Source of the DNA: Eledone cirrhosa
Taxonomy: Eukaryota
Direction of reading: 5' to 3'
Length of the DNA: 64,000 bases
Assembly: GCA_964016885.1 (NCBI GenBank)
Contig: OZ024744.1
Span: 4,340,001-4,404,000, forward strand
This document shows positions 26,451 to 41,429 of this stretch, piece by piece. The translations under genes and the position numbers were made by a program. The notes beneath the pieces are model-generated. The model worked only from the letters and a program-made list of their open reading frames with translations. It had not been told where the DNA came from and did no database searches. Position 1 is the first letter of the stretch. Every line of letters begins with the position of its first letter.

Positions 26451-29400
26451 AGTTTTGAGGGAAGACAAGGTAGAGAAAGATAGCTTGGTGAAGAACGACG
26501 TTTTGAGGGAAGACAAAGTAGAGAACGATAGCTTGATGAAGAACGGAGTTTTGAGGGAAGACAAGATAGAGAAAGATAGCTTGGTGAAGAACGAAGTTTT
26601 GAGGGAAGACAAGGTAGAGAAAGATAGCTTGGTGAAGAACGAAGTTTTGAGGGAAGTCAAGGTAGAGAAAGATAGCTTGGTGAAGAACGACGTTTTGAGG
26701 GAAGACAAGGTAGGGAAAGATAGCTTGGTGAAGAACGACGTTTTGTGGGAAGACAAGGTAGAGAAAGATAGCTTGGTGAAGAACGAAGTTTTGTGGGAAG
26801 ACAAGGTAGAGAAAGATAGCTTGGTGAAGAACGAAGTTTTGGGGGTAGACAAGGTAGAGAAAGATAGCTTGGTGAAGAACGAAGTTTTGGGGGAAGACAA
26901 GGTAGAGAAAGATAGCTTGGTGAAGAACGACGTTTTGAGGGAAGACAAGGTAGAGAAAGATAGCTTGATGAAGAACGAAGTTGTGTGGGAAGACAAGGTA
27001 GAGAAAGATAGCTTGGTGAAGAACGACGTTTTGAGGGAAGACAAGGTAGAGAAAGATAGCTTGATGAAGAACGAAGTTTTGGGGGAAGACAATGTAGAGA
27101 AAGATAGCTTGGTGACGAACGAAGTCTTGAGGGAAGACAAGGTAGAGAAAGATAGCTTGATGAAGAACGAACGATGTTTTGAGGGAAGACAAAGTAGAGA
27201 AAGATAGCTTGGTGAAGAACGAAGTTTTGAGGGAAGACAAGGTAGAGAAAGATAGCTTGGTGAAGAACGAAGTTTTGAGCGAAGACAAGGTAGAGAAGGA
27301 TAGCTTGTGAAGAACGAAGTTTTGAGGGAAGACAAGGTAGAGAAAGATAGCTTGGTGAAGAACGAAGTTTTGAGGGAAGAGAAGGTAGAGAAAGATAGCT
27401 TGGTGAAGAACGAAGTTTTGAGGGAATGCAAGGTAGAGAAAGATAGCTTGATCAAGAACGAAGTTTTGAGGGAAGACAAGGTAGAGAAAGATAGCTTGGT
27501 GAAGAACGAAGTTTTGAGGGAAGACAAGGTAGAGAAAGATAGCTTGGTGAAGAACGAACGAAGTTTTGAGGGAAGACAAGGTAGAGAAAGATAGCTTGGT
27601 GAAGAACGACGTTTCGAGGGAAGACAAAGTAGAGAACGATAGCTTGATGAAGAACGTAGTTTTGAGGGAAGACAAGATAGAGAAAGATAGCTTGGTGAAG
27701 AACGAAGTTTTGAGGGAAGACAAGGTAGAGAAAGATAGTTTGGTGAAGAACGGAGTTTTGGGGGAAAAAAAGGTAGTGAAAGATAGCTTGGTGAAGAACG
27801 AAGTTTTGAGGGAAGACAAGGTAGAGAAAGATAGCTTGGTGAAGAACGAAGTTTTGATGGAAGACAAGATAGAGAAAGATAGCTTGGTGAAGAACGAAGT
27901 TTTGAGGGAAGACAAGGTAGAGAAAGATAGTTTGGTGAAGAACGGAGTTTTGGGGGAAAAAAAGGTAGGGAAAGATAGCTTGGTGAAGAACGAAGTTTTG
28001 AGGGAATGCAAGGTAGAGAAAGATAGCTTGATCAAGAACGAAGTTTTGAGGGAAGACAAGGTAGAGAAAGATAGCTTGTGAAGAACGAAGTTTTGGGGGA
28101 AGACAAGGTAGAGAAAGATAGCTTGGTGACGAACGAACGAAGTTTTGAGGGAAGACAAGGTAGAGAAAGATAGCTTGGTGAAGAACGACGTTTTGAGGGA
28201 AGACAAAGTAGAGAACGATAGCTTGATGAAGAACGAAGTTTTGGGGGAAGACAAGGTAGAGAAAGATAGCTTGGTGAAGAACGAACGAAGTTTTGAGGGA
28301 AGACAAGGTAGAGAAAGATAGCTTGGTGAAGAACGACGTTTTGAGGGAAGACAAAGTAGAGAACGATAGCTTGATGAAGAACGGAGTTTTGAGGGAAGAC
28401 AAGATAGAGAAAGATAGCTTGGTGAAGAACGAAGTTTTGAGGGAAGACAAGGTAGAGAAAGATAGCTTGGTGAAGAACGAAGTTTTGAGGGAAGTCAAGG
28501 TAGAGAAAGATAGCTTGGTGAAGAACGACGTTTTGAGGGAAGACAAGGTAGGGAAAGATAGCTTGGTGAAGAACGACGTTTTGTGGGAAGACAAGGTAGA
28601 GAAAGATAGCTTGGTGAAGAACGAAGTTTTGTGGGAAGACAAGGTAGAGAAAGATAGCTTGGTGAAGAACGAAGTTTTGGGGGTAGACAAGGTAGAGAAA
28701 GATAGCTTGGTGAAGAACGACGTTTTGGGGGAAGACAAGGTAGAGAAAGATAGCTTGGTGAAGAACGACGTTTTGAGGGAAGACAAGGTAGAGAAAGATA
28801 GCTTGATGAAGAACGAAGTTGTGTGGGAAGACAAGGTAGAGAAAGATAGCTTGGTGAAGAACGACGTTTTGAGGGAAGACAAGGTAGAGAAAGATAGCTT
28901 GATGAAGAACGAAGTTTTGGGGGAAGACAATGTAGAGAAAGATAGCTTGGTGACGAACGAAGTCTTGAGGGAAGACAAGGTAGAGAAAGATAGCTTGATG
29001 AAGAACGAATGATGTTTTGAGGGAAGACAAAGTAGAGAAAGATAGCTTGGTGAAGAACGAAGTTTTGAGGGAAGACGAGGTAGAGAAAGATAGCTTGGTG
29101 AAGAACGAAGTTTTGAGCGAAGACAAGGTAGAGAAAGATAGCTTGGTGAAGAACGAAGTTTTGAGGGAAGTCAAGGTAGAGAAAGATAGCTTGGTGAAGA
29201 ACGACGTTTTGAGGGAAGACAAGGTAGGGAAAGATAGTTTGGTGAAGAACGAAGTTTTGGGGGAAAAAAAGGTAGAGAAAGATAGCTTGGTGAAGAACGA
29301 AGTTTTGAGGGAAGACAAGGTAGAGAAAGATAGCTTGGTGAGGAACGAAGTTTTGGGGGAAGACAGGGTAGAGAAAGATAGCCTGGTGAAGAACGAAGTT

Positions 29401-32400
29401 TTGATGGAAGACAAGGTAGAGAAAGAGAGCTTGGTGAAGAACGAAGTTTTGAGAGAAGAATGGGTAGAGAAAGATAGCTTGGTGAAGAACGACGTTTTGA
29501 GGGAAGACAAGGTAGGGAAAGATAGCTTGGTGAAGAACGACGTTTTGTGGGAAGACAAGGTAGAGAAAGATAGCTTGGTGAAGAACGAAGTTTTGTGGGA
29601 AGACAAGGTAGAGAAAGATAGCTTGGTGAAGAACGAAGTTTTGGGGGTAGACAAGGTAGAGAAAGATAGCTTGGTGAAGAACGAAGTTTTGGGGGAAGAC
29701 AAGGTAGAGAAAGATAGCTTGGTGAAGAACGACGTTTTGAGGGAAGACAAGGTAGAGAAAGATAGCTTGATGAAGAACGAAGTTTTGTGGGAAGACAAGG
29801 TAGAGAAAGATAGCTTGGTGAAGAACGAAGTTTTGGGGGAAGACAATGTAGAGAAAGATAGCTTGGTGACGAACGAAGTCTTGAGGGAAGACAAGGTAGA
29901 GAAAGATAGCTTGATGAAGAACGAACGATGTTTTGAGGGAAGACAAAGTAGAGAAAGATAGCTTGGTGAAGAACGAAGTTTTGAGGGAAGACAAGGTAGT
30001 GAAAAATAGCTTGGTGAAGAACGAAGTTTTGAGCGAAGACAAGGTAGAGAAGGATAGCTTGTGAAGAACGAAGTTTTGAGGGAAGACAAGGTAGAGAAAG
30101 ATAGCTTGGTGAAGAACGAAGTTTTGAGGGAAGACAAGGTAGAGAAAGATAGCTTGGTGAAGAACGAAGTTTTGAGGGAATGCAAGGTAGAGAAAGATAG
30201 CTTGATCAAGAACGAAGTTTTGAGGGAAGACAAGGTAGAGAAAGATAGCTTGGTGAAGAACGAAGTTTTGAGGGAAGACAAGGTAGAGAAGGATAGCTTG
30301 TGAAGAACGAAGTTTTGGGGGAAGACAAGGTAGAGAAAGATAGCTTGGTGAAGAACGAACGAAGTTTTGAGGGAAGACAAGGTAGAGAAAGATAGCTTGG
30401 TGAAGAACGACGTTTTGAGGGAAGACAAAGTAGAGAACGATAGCTTGATGAAGAACGGAGTTTTGAGGGAAGACAAGATAGAGAAAGATAGCTTGGTGAA
30501 GAACGAAGTTTTGAGGGAAGACAAGGTAGAGAAAGATAGCTTGGTGAAGAACGAAGTTTTGAGGGAAGTCAAGGTAGAGAAAGATAGCTTGGTGAAGAAC
30601 GACGTTTTGAGGGAAGACAAGGTAGGGAAAGATAGCTTGGTGAAGAACGACGTTTTGTGGGAAGACAAGGTAGAGAAAGATAGCTTGGTGAGGAACGAAG
30701 TTTTGTGGGAAGACAAGGTAGAGAAAGATAGCTTGGTGAAGAACGAAGTTTTGGGGGTAGACAAGGTAGAGAAAGATAGCTTGGTGAAGAACGAAGTTTT
30801 GGGGGAAGACAAGGTAGAGAAAGATAGCTTGGTGAAGAACGACGTTTTGAGGGAAGACAAGGTAGAGAAAGATAGCTTGATGAAGAACGAAGTTGTGTGG
30901 GAAGACAAGGTAGAGAAAGATAGCTTGGTGAAGAACGACGTTTTGAGGGAAGACAAGGTAGAGAAAGATAGCTTGGTGAAGAACGACGTTTTGAGGGAAG
31001 ACAAGGTAGAGAAAGATAGCTTGATGAAGAACGAAGTTTTGGGGGAAGACAATGTAGAGAAAGATAGCTTGGTGACGAACGAAGTCTTGAGGGAAGACAA
31101 GGTAGAGAAAGATAGCTTGATGAAGAACGAACGATGTTTTGAGGGAAGACAAAGTAGAGAAAGATAGCTTGGTGAAGAACGAAGTTTTGAGGGAAGACAA
31201 GGTAGAGAAAGATAGCTTGGTGAAGAACGAAGTTTTGAGGGAAGAGAAGGTAGAGAAAGATAGCTTGGTGAAGAACGAAGTTTTGAGGGAATGCAAGGTA
31301 GAGAAAGATAGCTTGATCAAGAACGAAGTTTTGAGGGAAGACAAGGTAGAGAAAGATAGCTTGGTGAAGAACGAAGTTTTGAGGGAAGACAAGGTAGAGA
31401 AAGATAGCTTGGTGAAGAACGAACGAAGTTTTGAGGGAAGACAAGGTAGAGAAAGATAGCTTGGTGAAGAACGACGTTTCGAGGGAAGACAAAGTAGAGA
31501 ACGATAGCTTGATGAAGAACGGAGTTTTGAGGGAAGACAAGATAGAGAAAGATAGCTTGGTGAAGAACGAAGTTTTGAGGGAAGACAAGGTAGAGAAAGA
31601 TAGTTTGGTGAAGAACGGAGTTTTGGGGGAAAAAAAGGTAGGGAAAGATAGCTTGGTGAAGAACGAAGTTTTGAGGGAAGACAAGGTAGAGAAAGATAGC
31701 TTGGTGAAGAACGAAGTTTTGATGGAAGACAAGATAGAGAAAGATAGCTTGGTGAAGAACGAAGTTTTGAGGGAAGACAAGGTAGAGAAAGATAGTTTGG
31801 TGAAGAACGGAGTTTTGGGGGAAAAAAAGGTAGGGAAAGATAGCTTGGTGAAGAACGAAGTTTTGAGGGAATGCAAGGTAGAGAAAGATAGCTTGATCAA
31901 GAACGAAGTTTTGAGGGAAGACAAGGTAGAGAAAGATAGCTTGTGAAGAACGAAGTTTTGGGGGAAGACAAGGTAGAGAAAGATAGCTTGGTGACGAACG
32001 AACGAAGTTTTGAGGGAAGACAAGGTAGAGAAAGATAGCTTGGTGAAGAACGACGTTTTGAGGGAAGACAAAGTAGAGAACGATAGCTTGATGAAGAACG
32101 AAGTTTTGGGGGAAGACAAGGTAGAGAAAGATAGCTTGGTGAAGAACGAACGAAGTTTTGAGGGAAGACAAGGTAGAGAAAGATAGCTTGGTGAAGAACG
32201 ACGTTTTGAGGGAAGACAAAGTAGAGAACGATAGCTTGATGAAGAACGGAGTTTTGAGGGAAGACAAGATAGAGAAAGATAGCTTGGTGAAGAACGAAGT
32301 TTTGAGGGAAGACAAGGTAGAGAAAGATAGCTTGGTGAAGAACGAAGTTTTGAGGGAAGTCAAGGTAGAGAAAGATAGCTTGGTGAAGAACGACGTTTTG

Positions 32401-33059
32401 AGGGAAGACAAGGTAGGGAAAGATAGCTTGGTGAAGAACGACGTTTTGTGGGAAGACAAGGTAGAGAAAGATAGCTTGGTGAAGAACGAAGTTTTGTGGG
32501 AAGACAAGGTAGAGAAAGATAGCTTGGTGAAGAACGAAGTTTTGGGGGTAGACAAGGTAGAGAAAGATAGCTTGGTGAAGAACGACGTTTTGGGGGAAGA
32601 CAAGGTAGAGAAAGATAGCTTGGTGAAGAACGACGTTTTGAGGGAAGACAAGGTAGAGAAAGATAGCTTGATGAAGAACGAAGTTGTGTGGGAAGACAAG
32701 GTAGAGAAAGATAGCTTGGTGAAGAACGACGTTTTGAGGGAAGACAAGGTAGAGAAAGATAGCTTGATGAAGAACGAAGTTTTGGGGGAAGACAATGTAG
32801 AGAAAGATAGCTTGGTGACGAACGAAGTCTTGAGGGAAGACAAGGTAGAGAAAGATAGCTTGATGAAGAACGAATGATGTTTTGAGGGAAGACAAAGTAG
32901 AGAAAGATAGCTTGGTGAAGAACGAAGTTTTGAGGGAAGACGAGGTAGAGAAAGATAGCTTGGTGAAGAACGAAGTTTTGAGCGAAGACAAGGTAGAGAA
33001 GGATAGCTTGTGAAGAACGAAGTTTTGAGGGAAGACATGGTAGAGAAAGATAGCTTGGT

Positions 33060-36000
33060 GAAGAACGAAGTTTTGAGGGAAGACAAGGTAGAGAAAGATA
33101 GCTTGGTGAAGAACGAAGTTTTGAGGGAATGCAAGGTAGAGAAAGATAGCTTGATCAAGAACGAAGTTTTGAGGGAAGACAAGGTAGAGAAAGATAGCTT
33201 GGTGAAGAACGAAGTTTTGAGGGAAGACAAGGTAGAGAAGGATAGCTTGTGAAGAACGAAGTTTTGGGGGAAGACAAGGTAGAGAAAGATAGCTTGGTGA
33301 AGAACGAACGAAGTTTTGAGGGAAGACAAGGTAGAGAAAGATAGCTTGGTGAAGAACGACGTTTTGAGGGAAGACAAAGTAGAGAACGATAGCTTGATGA
33401 AGAACGGAGTTTTGAGGGAAGACAAGATAGAGAAAGATAGCTTGGTGAAGAACGAAGTTTTGAGGGAAGACAAGGTAGAGAAAGATAGCTTGGTGAAGAA
33501 CGAAGTTTTGACGGAAGTCAAGGTAGAGAAAGATAGCTTGGTGAAGAACGACGTTTTGAGGGAAGACAAGGTAGGGAAAGATAGCTTGGTGAAGAACGAC
33601 GTTTTGTGGGAAGACAAGGTAGAGAAAGATAGCTTGGTGAAGAACGAAGTTTTGTGGGAAGACAAGGTAGAGAAAGATAGCTTGGTGAAGAACGAAGTTT
33701 TGGGGGTAGACAAGGTAGAGAAAGATAGCTTGGTGAAGAACGAAGTTTTGGGGGAAGACAAGGTAGAGAAAGATAGCTTGGTGAAGAACGACGTTTTGAG
33801 GGAAGACAAGGTAGAGAAAGATAGCTTGATGAAGAACGAAGTTGTGTGGGAAGACAAGGTAGAGAAAGATAGCTTGGTGAAGAACGACGTTTTGAGGGAA
33901 GACAAGGTAGAGAAAGATAGCTTGATGAAGAACGAAGTTTTGGGGGAAGACAATGTAGAGAAAGATAGCTTGGTGACGAACGAAGTCTTGAGGGAAGACA
34001 AGGTAGAGAAAGATAGCTTGATGAAGAACGAACGATGTTTTGAGGGAAGACAAAGTAGAGAAAGATAGCTTGGTGAAGAACGAAGTTTTGAGGGAAGACA
34101 AGGTAGAGAAAGATAGCTTGGTGAAGAACGAAGTTTTGAGCGAAGACAAGGTAGAGAAGGATAGCTTGTGAAGAACGAAGTTTTGAGGAAAGAAAAGGTA
34201 GAGAAAGATAGCTTGGTGAAGAACGAAGTTTTGAGGGAAGACAAGGTAGAGAAAGATAGATTGGTGAAGAACGAAGTTTTGAGGGAATGCAAGGTAGAGA
34301 AAGATAGCTTGATCAAGAACGAAGTTTTGAGGGAAGACAAGGTAGAGAAAGATAGCTTGGTGAAGAACGAAGTTTTGAGGGAAGACAAGGTAGAGAAAGA
34401 TAGCTTGGTGAAGAACGAACGAAGTTTTGAGGGAAGACAAGGTAGAGAAAGATAGCTTGGTGAAGAACGACGTTTCGAGGGAAGACAAAGTAGAGAACGA
34501 TAGCTTGATGAAGAACGGAGTTTTGAGGGAAGACAAGATAGAGAAAGATAGCTTGGTGAAGAACGAAGTTTTGAGGGAAGACAAGGTAGAGAAAGATAGT
34601 TTGGTGAAGAACGGAGTTTTGGGGGAAAAAAAGGTAGGGAAAGATAGCTTGGTGAAGAACGAAATTTTGAGGGAAGACAAGGTAGAGAAAGATAGCTTGG
34701 TGAAGAACGAAGTTTTGATGGAAGACAAGATAGAGAAAGATAGCTTGGTGAAGAACGAAGTTTTGAGGGAAGACAAGGTAGAGAAAGATAGTTTGGTGAA
34801 GAACGAAGTTTTGAGGGAAGACAAGGTAGAGAAAGATAGCTTGGTGAAGAACGAAGTTTTGAGGGAATGCAAGGTAGAGAAAGATAGCTTGATCAAGAAC
34901 GAAGTTTTGAGGGAAGACAAGGTAGAGAAAGATAGCTTGGTGAAGAACGAAGTTTTGAGGGAAGACAAGGTAGAGAAAGATAGCTTGGTGAAGAACGAAC
35001 GAAGTTTTGAGGGAAGACAAGGTAGAGAAAGATAGCTTGGTGAAGAACGACGTTTCGAGGGAAGACAAAGTAGAGAACGATAGCTTGATGAAGAACGGAG
35101 TTTTGAGGGAAGACAAGATAGAGAAAGATAGCTTGGTGAAGAACGAAGTTTTGAGGGAAGACAAGTTAGAGAAATATAGTTTGGTGAAGAACGGAGTTTT
35201 GGGGGAAAAAAAGGTAGGGAAAGATAGCTTGGTGAAGAACGAAGTTTTGAGGGAAGACAAGGTAGAGAAAGATAGCTTGGTGAAGAACGAAGTTTTGAGG
35301 GAATGCAAGGTAGAGAAAGATAGCTTGATCAAGAACGAAGTTTTGAGGGAAGACAAGGTAGAGAAAGATAGCTTGGTGAAGAACGAAGTTTTGAGGGAAG
35401 ACAAGGTAGAGAAGGATAGCTTGTGAAGAACGAAGTTTTGGGGGAAGACAAGGTAGAGAAAGATAGCTTGGTGAAGAACGAACGAAGTTTTGAGGGAAGA
35501 CAAGGTAGAGAAAGATAGCTTGGTGAAGAACGACGTTTTGAGGGAAGACAAAGTAGAGAACGATAGCCTGATGAAGAACGGAGTTTTGAGGGAAGACAAG
35601 ATAGAGAAAGATAGCTTGGTGAAGAACGAAGTTTTGAGGGAAGACAAGGTAGAGAAAGATAGCTTGGTGAAGAACGAAGTTTTGACGGAAGTCAAGGTAG
35701 AGAAAGATAGCTTGGTGAAGAACGACGTTTTGAGGGAAGACAAGGTAGGGAAAGATAGCTTGGTGAAGAACGACGTTTTGTGGGAAGACAAGGTAGAGAA
35801 AGATAGCTTGGTGAAGAACGAAGTTTTGTGGGAAGACAAGGTAGAGAAAGATAGCTTGGTGAAGAACGAAGTTTTGGGGGTAGACAAGGTAGAGAAAGAT
35901 AGCTTGGTGAAGAACGAAGTTTTGGGGGAAGACAAGGTAGAGAAAGATAGCTTGGTGAAGAACGACGTTTTGAGGGAAGACAAGGTAGAGAAAGATAGCT

Positions 36001-36640
36001 TGATGAAGAACGAAGTTGTGTGGGAAGACAAGGTAGAGAAAGATAGCTTGGTGAAGAACGGCGTTTTGAGGGAAGACAAGGTAGAGAAAGATAGCTTGAT
36101 GAAGAACGAAGTTTTGGGGGAAGACAATGTAGAGAAAGATAGCTTGGTGACGAACGAAGTCTTGCGGGAAGACAAGGTAGAGAAAGATAGCTTGATGAAG
36201 AACGAACGATGTTTTGAGGGAAGACAAAGTAGAGAAAGATAGCTTGGTGAAGAACGAAGTTTTGAGGGAAGACAAGGTAGAGAAAGATAGCTTGGTGAAG
36301 AACGAAGTTTTGAGCGAAGACAAGGTAGAGAAGGATAGCTTGTGAAGAACGAAGTTTTGAGGGAAGACAAGGTAGAGAAAGATAGCTTGGTGAAGAACGA
36401 AGTTTTGAGGGAAGACAAGGTAGAGAAAGATAGATTGGTGAAGAACGAAGTTTTGAGGGAATGCAAGGTAGAGAAAGATAGCTTGATCAAGAACGAAGTT
36501 TTGAGGGAAGACAAGGTAGAGAAAGATAGCTTGGTGAAGAACGAAGTTTTGAGGGAAGACAAGGTAGAGAAAGATAGCTTGGTGAAGAACGAACGAAGTT
36601 TTGAGGGAAGACAAGGTAGAGAAAGATAGCTTGGTGAAGA
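33060..36640. repeat. Duplication with 2174-bp offset
   Basis: Offsets 33316/35490 and 34168/36342 equal 2174. Private variants are shared: 'ttgacggaagtc' (~33508, ~35682) and 'gatagattgg' (~34255, ~36429). Confidence 0.82.
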
Positions 36641-39600
36641 ACGAAGTTTTCAGGGAATGCAAGGTAGAGAAAGATAGCTTGATCAAGAACGAAGTTTTGA
36701 GGGAAGACAAGGTAGAGAAAGATAGCTTGGTGAAGAACGAAGTTTTGAGGGAAGACAAGGTAGAGAAAGATAGCTTGGTGAAGAACGAACGAAGTTTTGA
36801 GGGAAGACAAGGTAGAGAAGGATAGCTTGGTGAAGAACGACGTTTCGAGGGAAGACAAAGTAGAGAACGATAGCTTGATGAAGAACGGAGTTTTGAGGGA
36901 AGACAAGATAGAGAAAGATAGCTTGGTGAAGAACGAAGTTTTGAGGGAAGACAAGGTAGAGAAAGATAGTTTGGTGAAGAACGGAGTTTTGGGGGAAAAA
37001 AAGGTAGGGAAAGATAGCTTGGTGAAGAACGAAGTTTTGAGGGAAGACAAGGTAGAGAAAGATAGCTTGGTGAAGAACGAAGTTTTGATGGAAGACAAGA
37101 TAGAGAAAGATAGCTTGGTGAAGAACGAAGTTTTGAGGGAAGACAAGGTAGAGAAAGATAGTTTGGGGAAGAACGGAGTTTTGGGGGAAAAAAAGGTAGG
37201 GAAAGATAGCTTGGTGAAGAACGAAGTTTTGAGGGAATGCAAGGTAGAGAAAGATAGCTTGATCAAGAACGAAGTTTTGAGGGAAGACAAGGTAGAGAAA
37301 GATAGCTTGTGAAGAACGAAGTTTTGGGGGAAGACAAGGTAGAGAAAGATAGCTTGGTGAAGAACGAACGAAGTTTTGAGGGAAGACAAGGTAGAGAAAG
37401 ATAGCTTGGTGAAGAACGACGTTTTGAGGGAAGACAAAGTAGAGAACGATAGCTTGATGAAGAACGGAGTTTTGAGGGAAGACAAGATAGAGAAAGATAG
37501 CTTGGTGAAGAACGAAGTTTTGAGGGAAGACAAGGTAGAGAAAGATAGCTTGGTGAAGAACGAAGTTTTGATGGAAGACAAGGTATAGAAAGATAGCTTG
37601 GTCAAGAACGAAGTTTTGAGGGAAGACAAGGTAGAGAAAGATAGCTTGGTGAAGAACGAAGTTTTGAGGGAAGACAAGGTAGAGGAGGATAGCTTGTGAA
37701 GAACGAAGTTTTGGGGGAAGACAAGGTAGAGAAAGATAGCTTGGTGAAGAACGAACGAAGTTTTGAGGGAAGACAAGGTAGAGAAAGATAGCTTGGTGAA
37801 GAACGACGTTTCGAGGGAAGACAAAGTAGAGAACGATAGCTTGATGAAGAACGGAGTTTTGAGGGAAGACAAGATAGAGAAAGATAGCTTGGTGAAGAAC
37901 GAAGTTTTGAGGGAAGACAAGGTAGAGAAAGATAGTTTGGTGAAGAACGGAGTTTTGGGGGAAAAAAAGGTAGGGAAAGATAGCTTGGTGAAGAACGAAG
38001 TTTTGAGGGAAGACAAGGTAGAGAAAGATAGCTTGGTGAAGAACGAAGTTTTGAGGGAAGACAAGGTAGAGAAAGTTAGCTTGGTGAAGAACGAAGTTTT
38101 GAGGGAAGAGAAGGTAGAGAAAGATAGCTTGGTGAGGAACGAAGTTTTGGGGGAAGACAGGGTAGAGAAAGATAGCCTGGTGAAGAACGAAGTTTTGAGG
38201 GAAGACAAGGGTGAGAAAGAGAGCTTGGTGAAGAACGAAATTTTGAGAGAAGAATGGGTAGAGAAAGATAGCTTGGTGAAGAACGACGTTTTGAGGGAAG
38301 ACAAGGTAGGGAAAGATAGCTTGGTGAAGAACGACGTTTTGTGGGAAGACAAGGTAGAGAAAGATAGCTTGGTGAAGAACGAAGTTTTGTGGGAAGACAA
38401 GGTAGAGAAAGATAGCTTGGTGAAGAACGAAGTTTTGGGGGTAGACAAGGTAGAGAAAGATAGCTTGATGAAGAACGAAGTTTTGGGGGAAGACAATGTA
38501 GAGAAAGATAGCTTGGTGACGAACGAAGTCTTGAGGGAAGACAAGGTAGAGAAAGATAGCTTGGTGAAGAACGAAGCTTTGAGGGAAGACAAGCTAGAGA
38601 AAGATAGCTTGGTGAAGAACGAAGTTTTGAGGGAAGACAAGGTAGAGAAGGATAGCTTGTGAAGAACGAAGTTTTGGGGGAAGACAAGGTAGAGAAAGAT
38701 AGCTTGGTGAAGAACGAACGAAGTTTTGAGGGAAGACAAGGTAGAGAAAGATAGCTTGGTGAAGAACGACGTTTTGAGGGAAGACAAAGTAGAGAAAGAT
38801 AGCTTGATGGAGAACGAAGTTTTGCAGGAAGGCAAGGTAGAGAAAGATAGCCTGGTGAATAACGAAGTTTTGAGGGAAGACAAGGTAGAGAAAGATAGCT
38901 TGGTGAAGAACGATGTTTTGGGGGAAGACAAGGTAGAGAAAGTTAGCTTGGTGAAGAACGAAGTTTTGAGGGAAGACAAGGTAGAGAAAGATAGTTTGGT
39001 GAAGAACGAAGTTTTGGGGGAAAAAAGGTAGAGAAAGATAGCTTGGTGAAGAACGAAGTTTTGAGGAAAGACAAGGTAGAGAAATATAGCTTGGTGAAGA
39101 ACGAAGTTTTGAGGGAAGACAAGGTAGAGAAAGATAGCTTGGTGAAGAACGAAGTTTTGAGGGAATGCAAGGTAGAGAAAGATAGCTTGATCAAGAACGA
39201 AGTTTTGAGGGAAGACAAGGTAGAGAAAGATAGCTTGGTGAAGAACGAAGTTTTGAGGGAAGACAAGGTATAGAAAGATAGCTTGTGAAGAACGAAGTTT
39301 TGGGGGAAGACAAGGTAGAGAAAGATAGCTTGGTGAAGAACGAACGAAGTTTTGAGGGAAGACAAGGTAGAGAAAGATAGCTTGGTGAAGAACGACGTTT
39401 CGAGGGAAGACAAAGTAGAGAACGATAGCTTGATGAAGAACGGAGTTTTGAGGGAAGACACGATAGAGAAAGATAGCTTGGTGAAGAACGAAGTTTTGAG
39501 GGAAGACAAGGTAGAGAAAGATAGTTTGGTGAAGAACGGAGTTTTGGGGGAAAAAAAGGTAGGGAAAGATAGCTTGGTGAAGAACGAAGTTTTGAGGGAA

Positions 39601-41429
39601 GACAAGGTAGAGAAAGATAGCTTGGTGAAGAACGAAGTTTTGAGGGAAGACAAGGTAGAGAAAGATTGCTTGATGAAGAACGAAGTTTTGAGGGAAGACA
39701 AGGTAGAGAAAGTTAGCTTGGTGAAGAACGAAGTTTTGAGGGAAGAGAAGGTAGAGAAAGATAGTTTGGTGAAGAACGAAGTTTTGGGGGAAAAAAAGGT
39801 AGAGAAAGATAGCTTGGTGAAGAACGAAGTTTTGAGGGAAGACAAGGTAGAGAAAGATAGCTTGGTGAGGAACGAAGTTTTGGGGGAAGACAGGGTAGAG
39901 AAAGATAGCCTGGTGAAGAACGAACGAAGTTTTGAGGGAAGACAAGGTAGAGAAAGATAGCTTGGTGAAGAACGACGTTTTGAGGGAAGACAAAGTAGAG
40001 AACGATAGCTTGATGAAGAACGGAGTTTTGAGGGAAGACAAGATAGAGAAAGATAGCTTGGTGAAGAACGACGTTTTGAGGGAAGACAAGGTAGAGAAAG
40101 ATAGCTTGGTGAAGAACGAAGTTTTGATGGAAGACAAGGTATAGAAAGATAGCTTGATCAAGAACGAAGTTTTGACGGAAGACAAGGTAGAGAAAGATAG
40201 CTTGGTGAAGAACGAAGTTTTGAGGGAAGACAAGGTAGAGAAGGATAGCTTGTGAAGAACGAAGTTTTGGGGGAAGACAAGTTAGAGAAAGATAGCTTGG
40301 TGAAGAACGAACGAAGTTTTGAGGGAACACAAGGTAGAGAAAGATAGCTTGGTGACGAACGACGTTTCGAGGGAAGACAAAGTAGAGAACGATAGCTTGA
40401 TGAAGAACGGAGTTTTGAGGGAAGACAAGATAGAGAAAGATAGCTTGGTGAAGAACGAAGTTTTGAGGGAAGACAAGGTAGAGAAAGATAGTTTGGTGAA
40501 GAACGGAGTTTTGGGGGAAAAAAAGGTAGAGAAAGATAGCTTGGTGAAGAACGAAGTTTTGAGGGAAGACAAGGTAGAGAAAGATAGCTTGGTGAGGAAC
40601 GAAGTTTTGGGGGAAGACAGGGTTGAGAAAGATAGCCTGGTGAAGAACGAAGTTTTGAGGGAAGACAAGGTAGAGAAAGAGAGCTTGGTGAAGAACGAAA
40701 TTTTGAGAGAAGAATGGGTAGAGAAAGATAGCTTGGTGAAGAACGACGTTTTGAGGGAAGACAAGGTAGGGAAAGATAGCTTGGTGAAGAACGACGTTTT
40801 GTGGGAAGACAAGGTAGAGAAAGATAGCTTGATGAAGAACGAAGTTTTGGGGGAAGACAAGGTAGAGAAAGATAGCTTGGTGAAGAACGAAGTTTTGAGG
40901 GAAGACAAGGTAGAGAAGGATAGCTTGTGAAGAACGAAGTTTTGGGGGAAGACAAGTTAGAGAAAGATAGCTTGGTGACGAACGACGTTTCGAGGGAAGA
41001 CAAAGTAGAGAACGATAGCTTGATGAAGAACGGAGTTTTGAGGGAAGACAAGATAGAGAAAGATAGCTTGGTGAAGAACGAAGTTTTGAGGGAAGACAAG
41101 GTAGAGAAAGATAGTTTGGTGAAGAACGGAGTTTTGGGGGTAAAAAAGGTAGAGAAAGATAGCTTGGTGAAGAACGAAGTTTTGAGGGAAGACAAGGTAG
41201 AGAAAGATAGCTTGGTGAGGAACGAAGTTTTGGGGGAAGACAGGGTTGAGAAAGAAAGCCTGGTGAAGAACGAAGTTTTGAGGGAAGACAAGGTAGAGAA
41301 AGAGAGCTTGGTGAAGAACGAAGTTTTGAGAGAAGAATGGGTAGAGAAAGATAGCTTGGTGAAGAACGACGTTTTGAGGGAAGACAAGGTAGGGAAAGAT
41401 AGCTTGGTGAAGAACGACGTTTTGTGGGA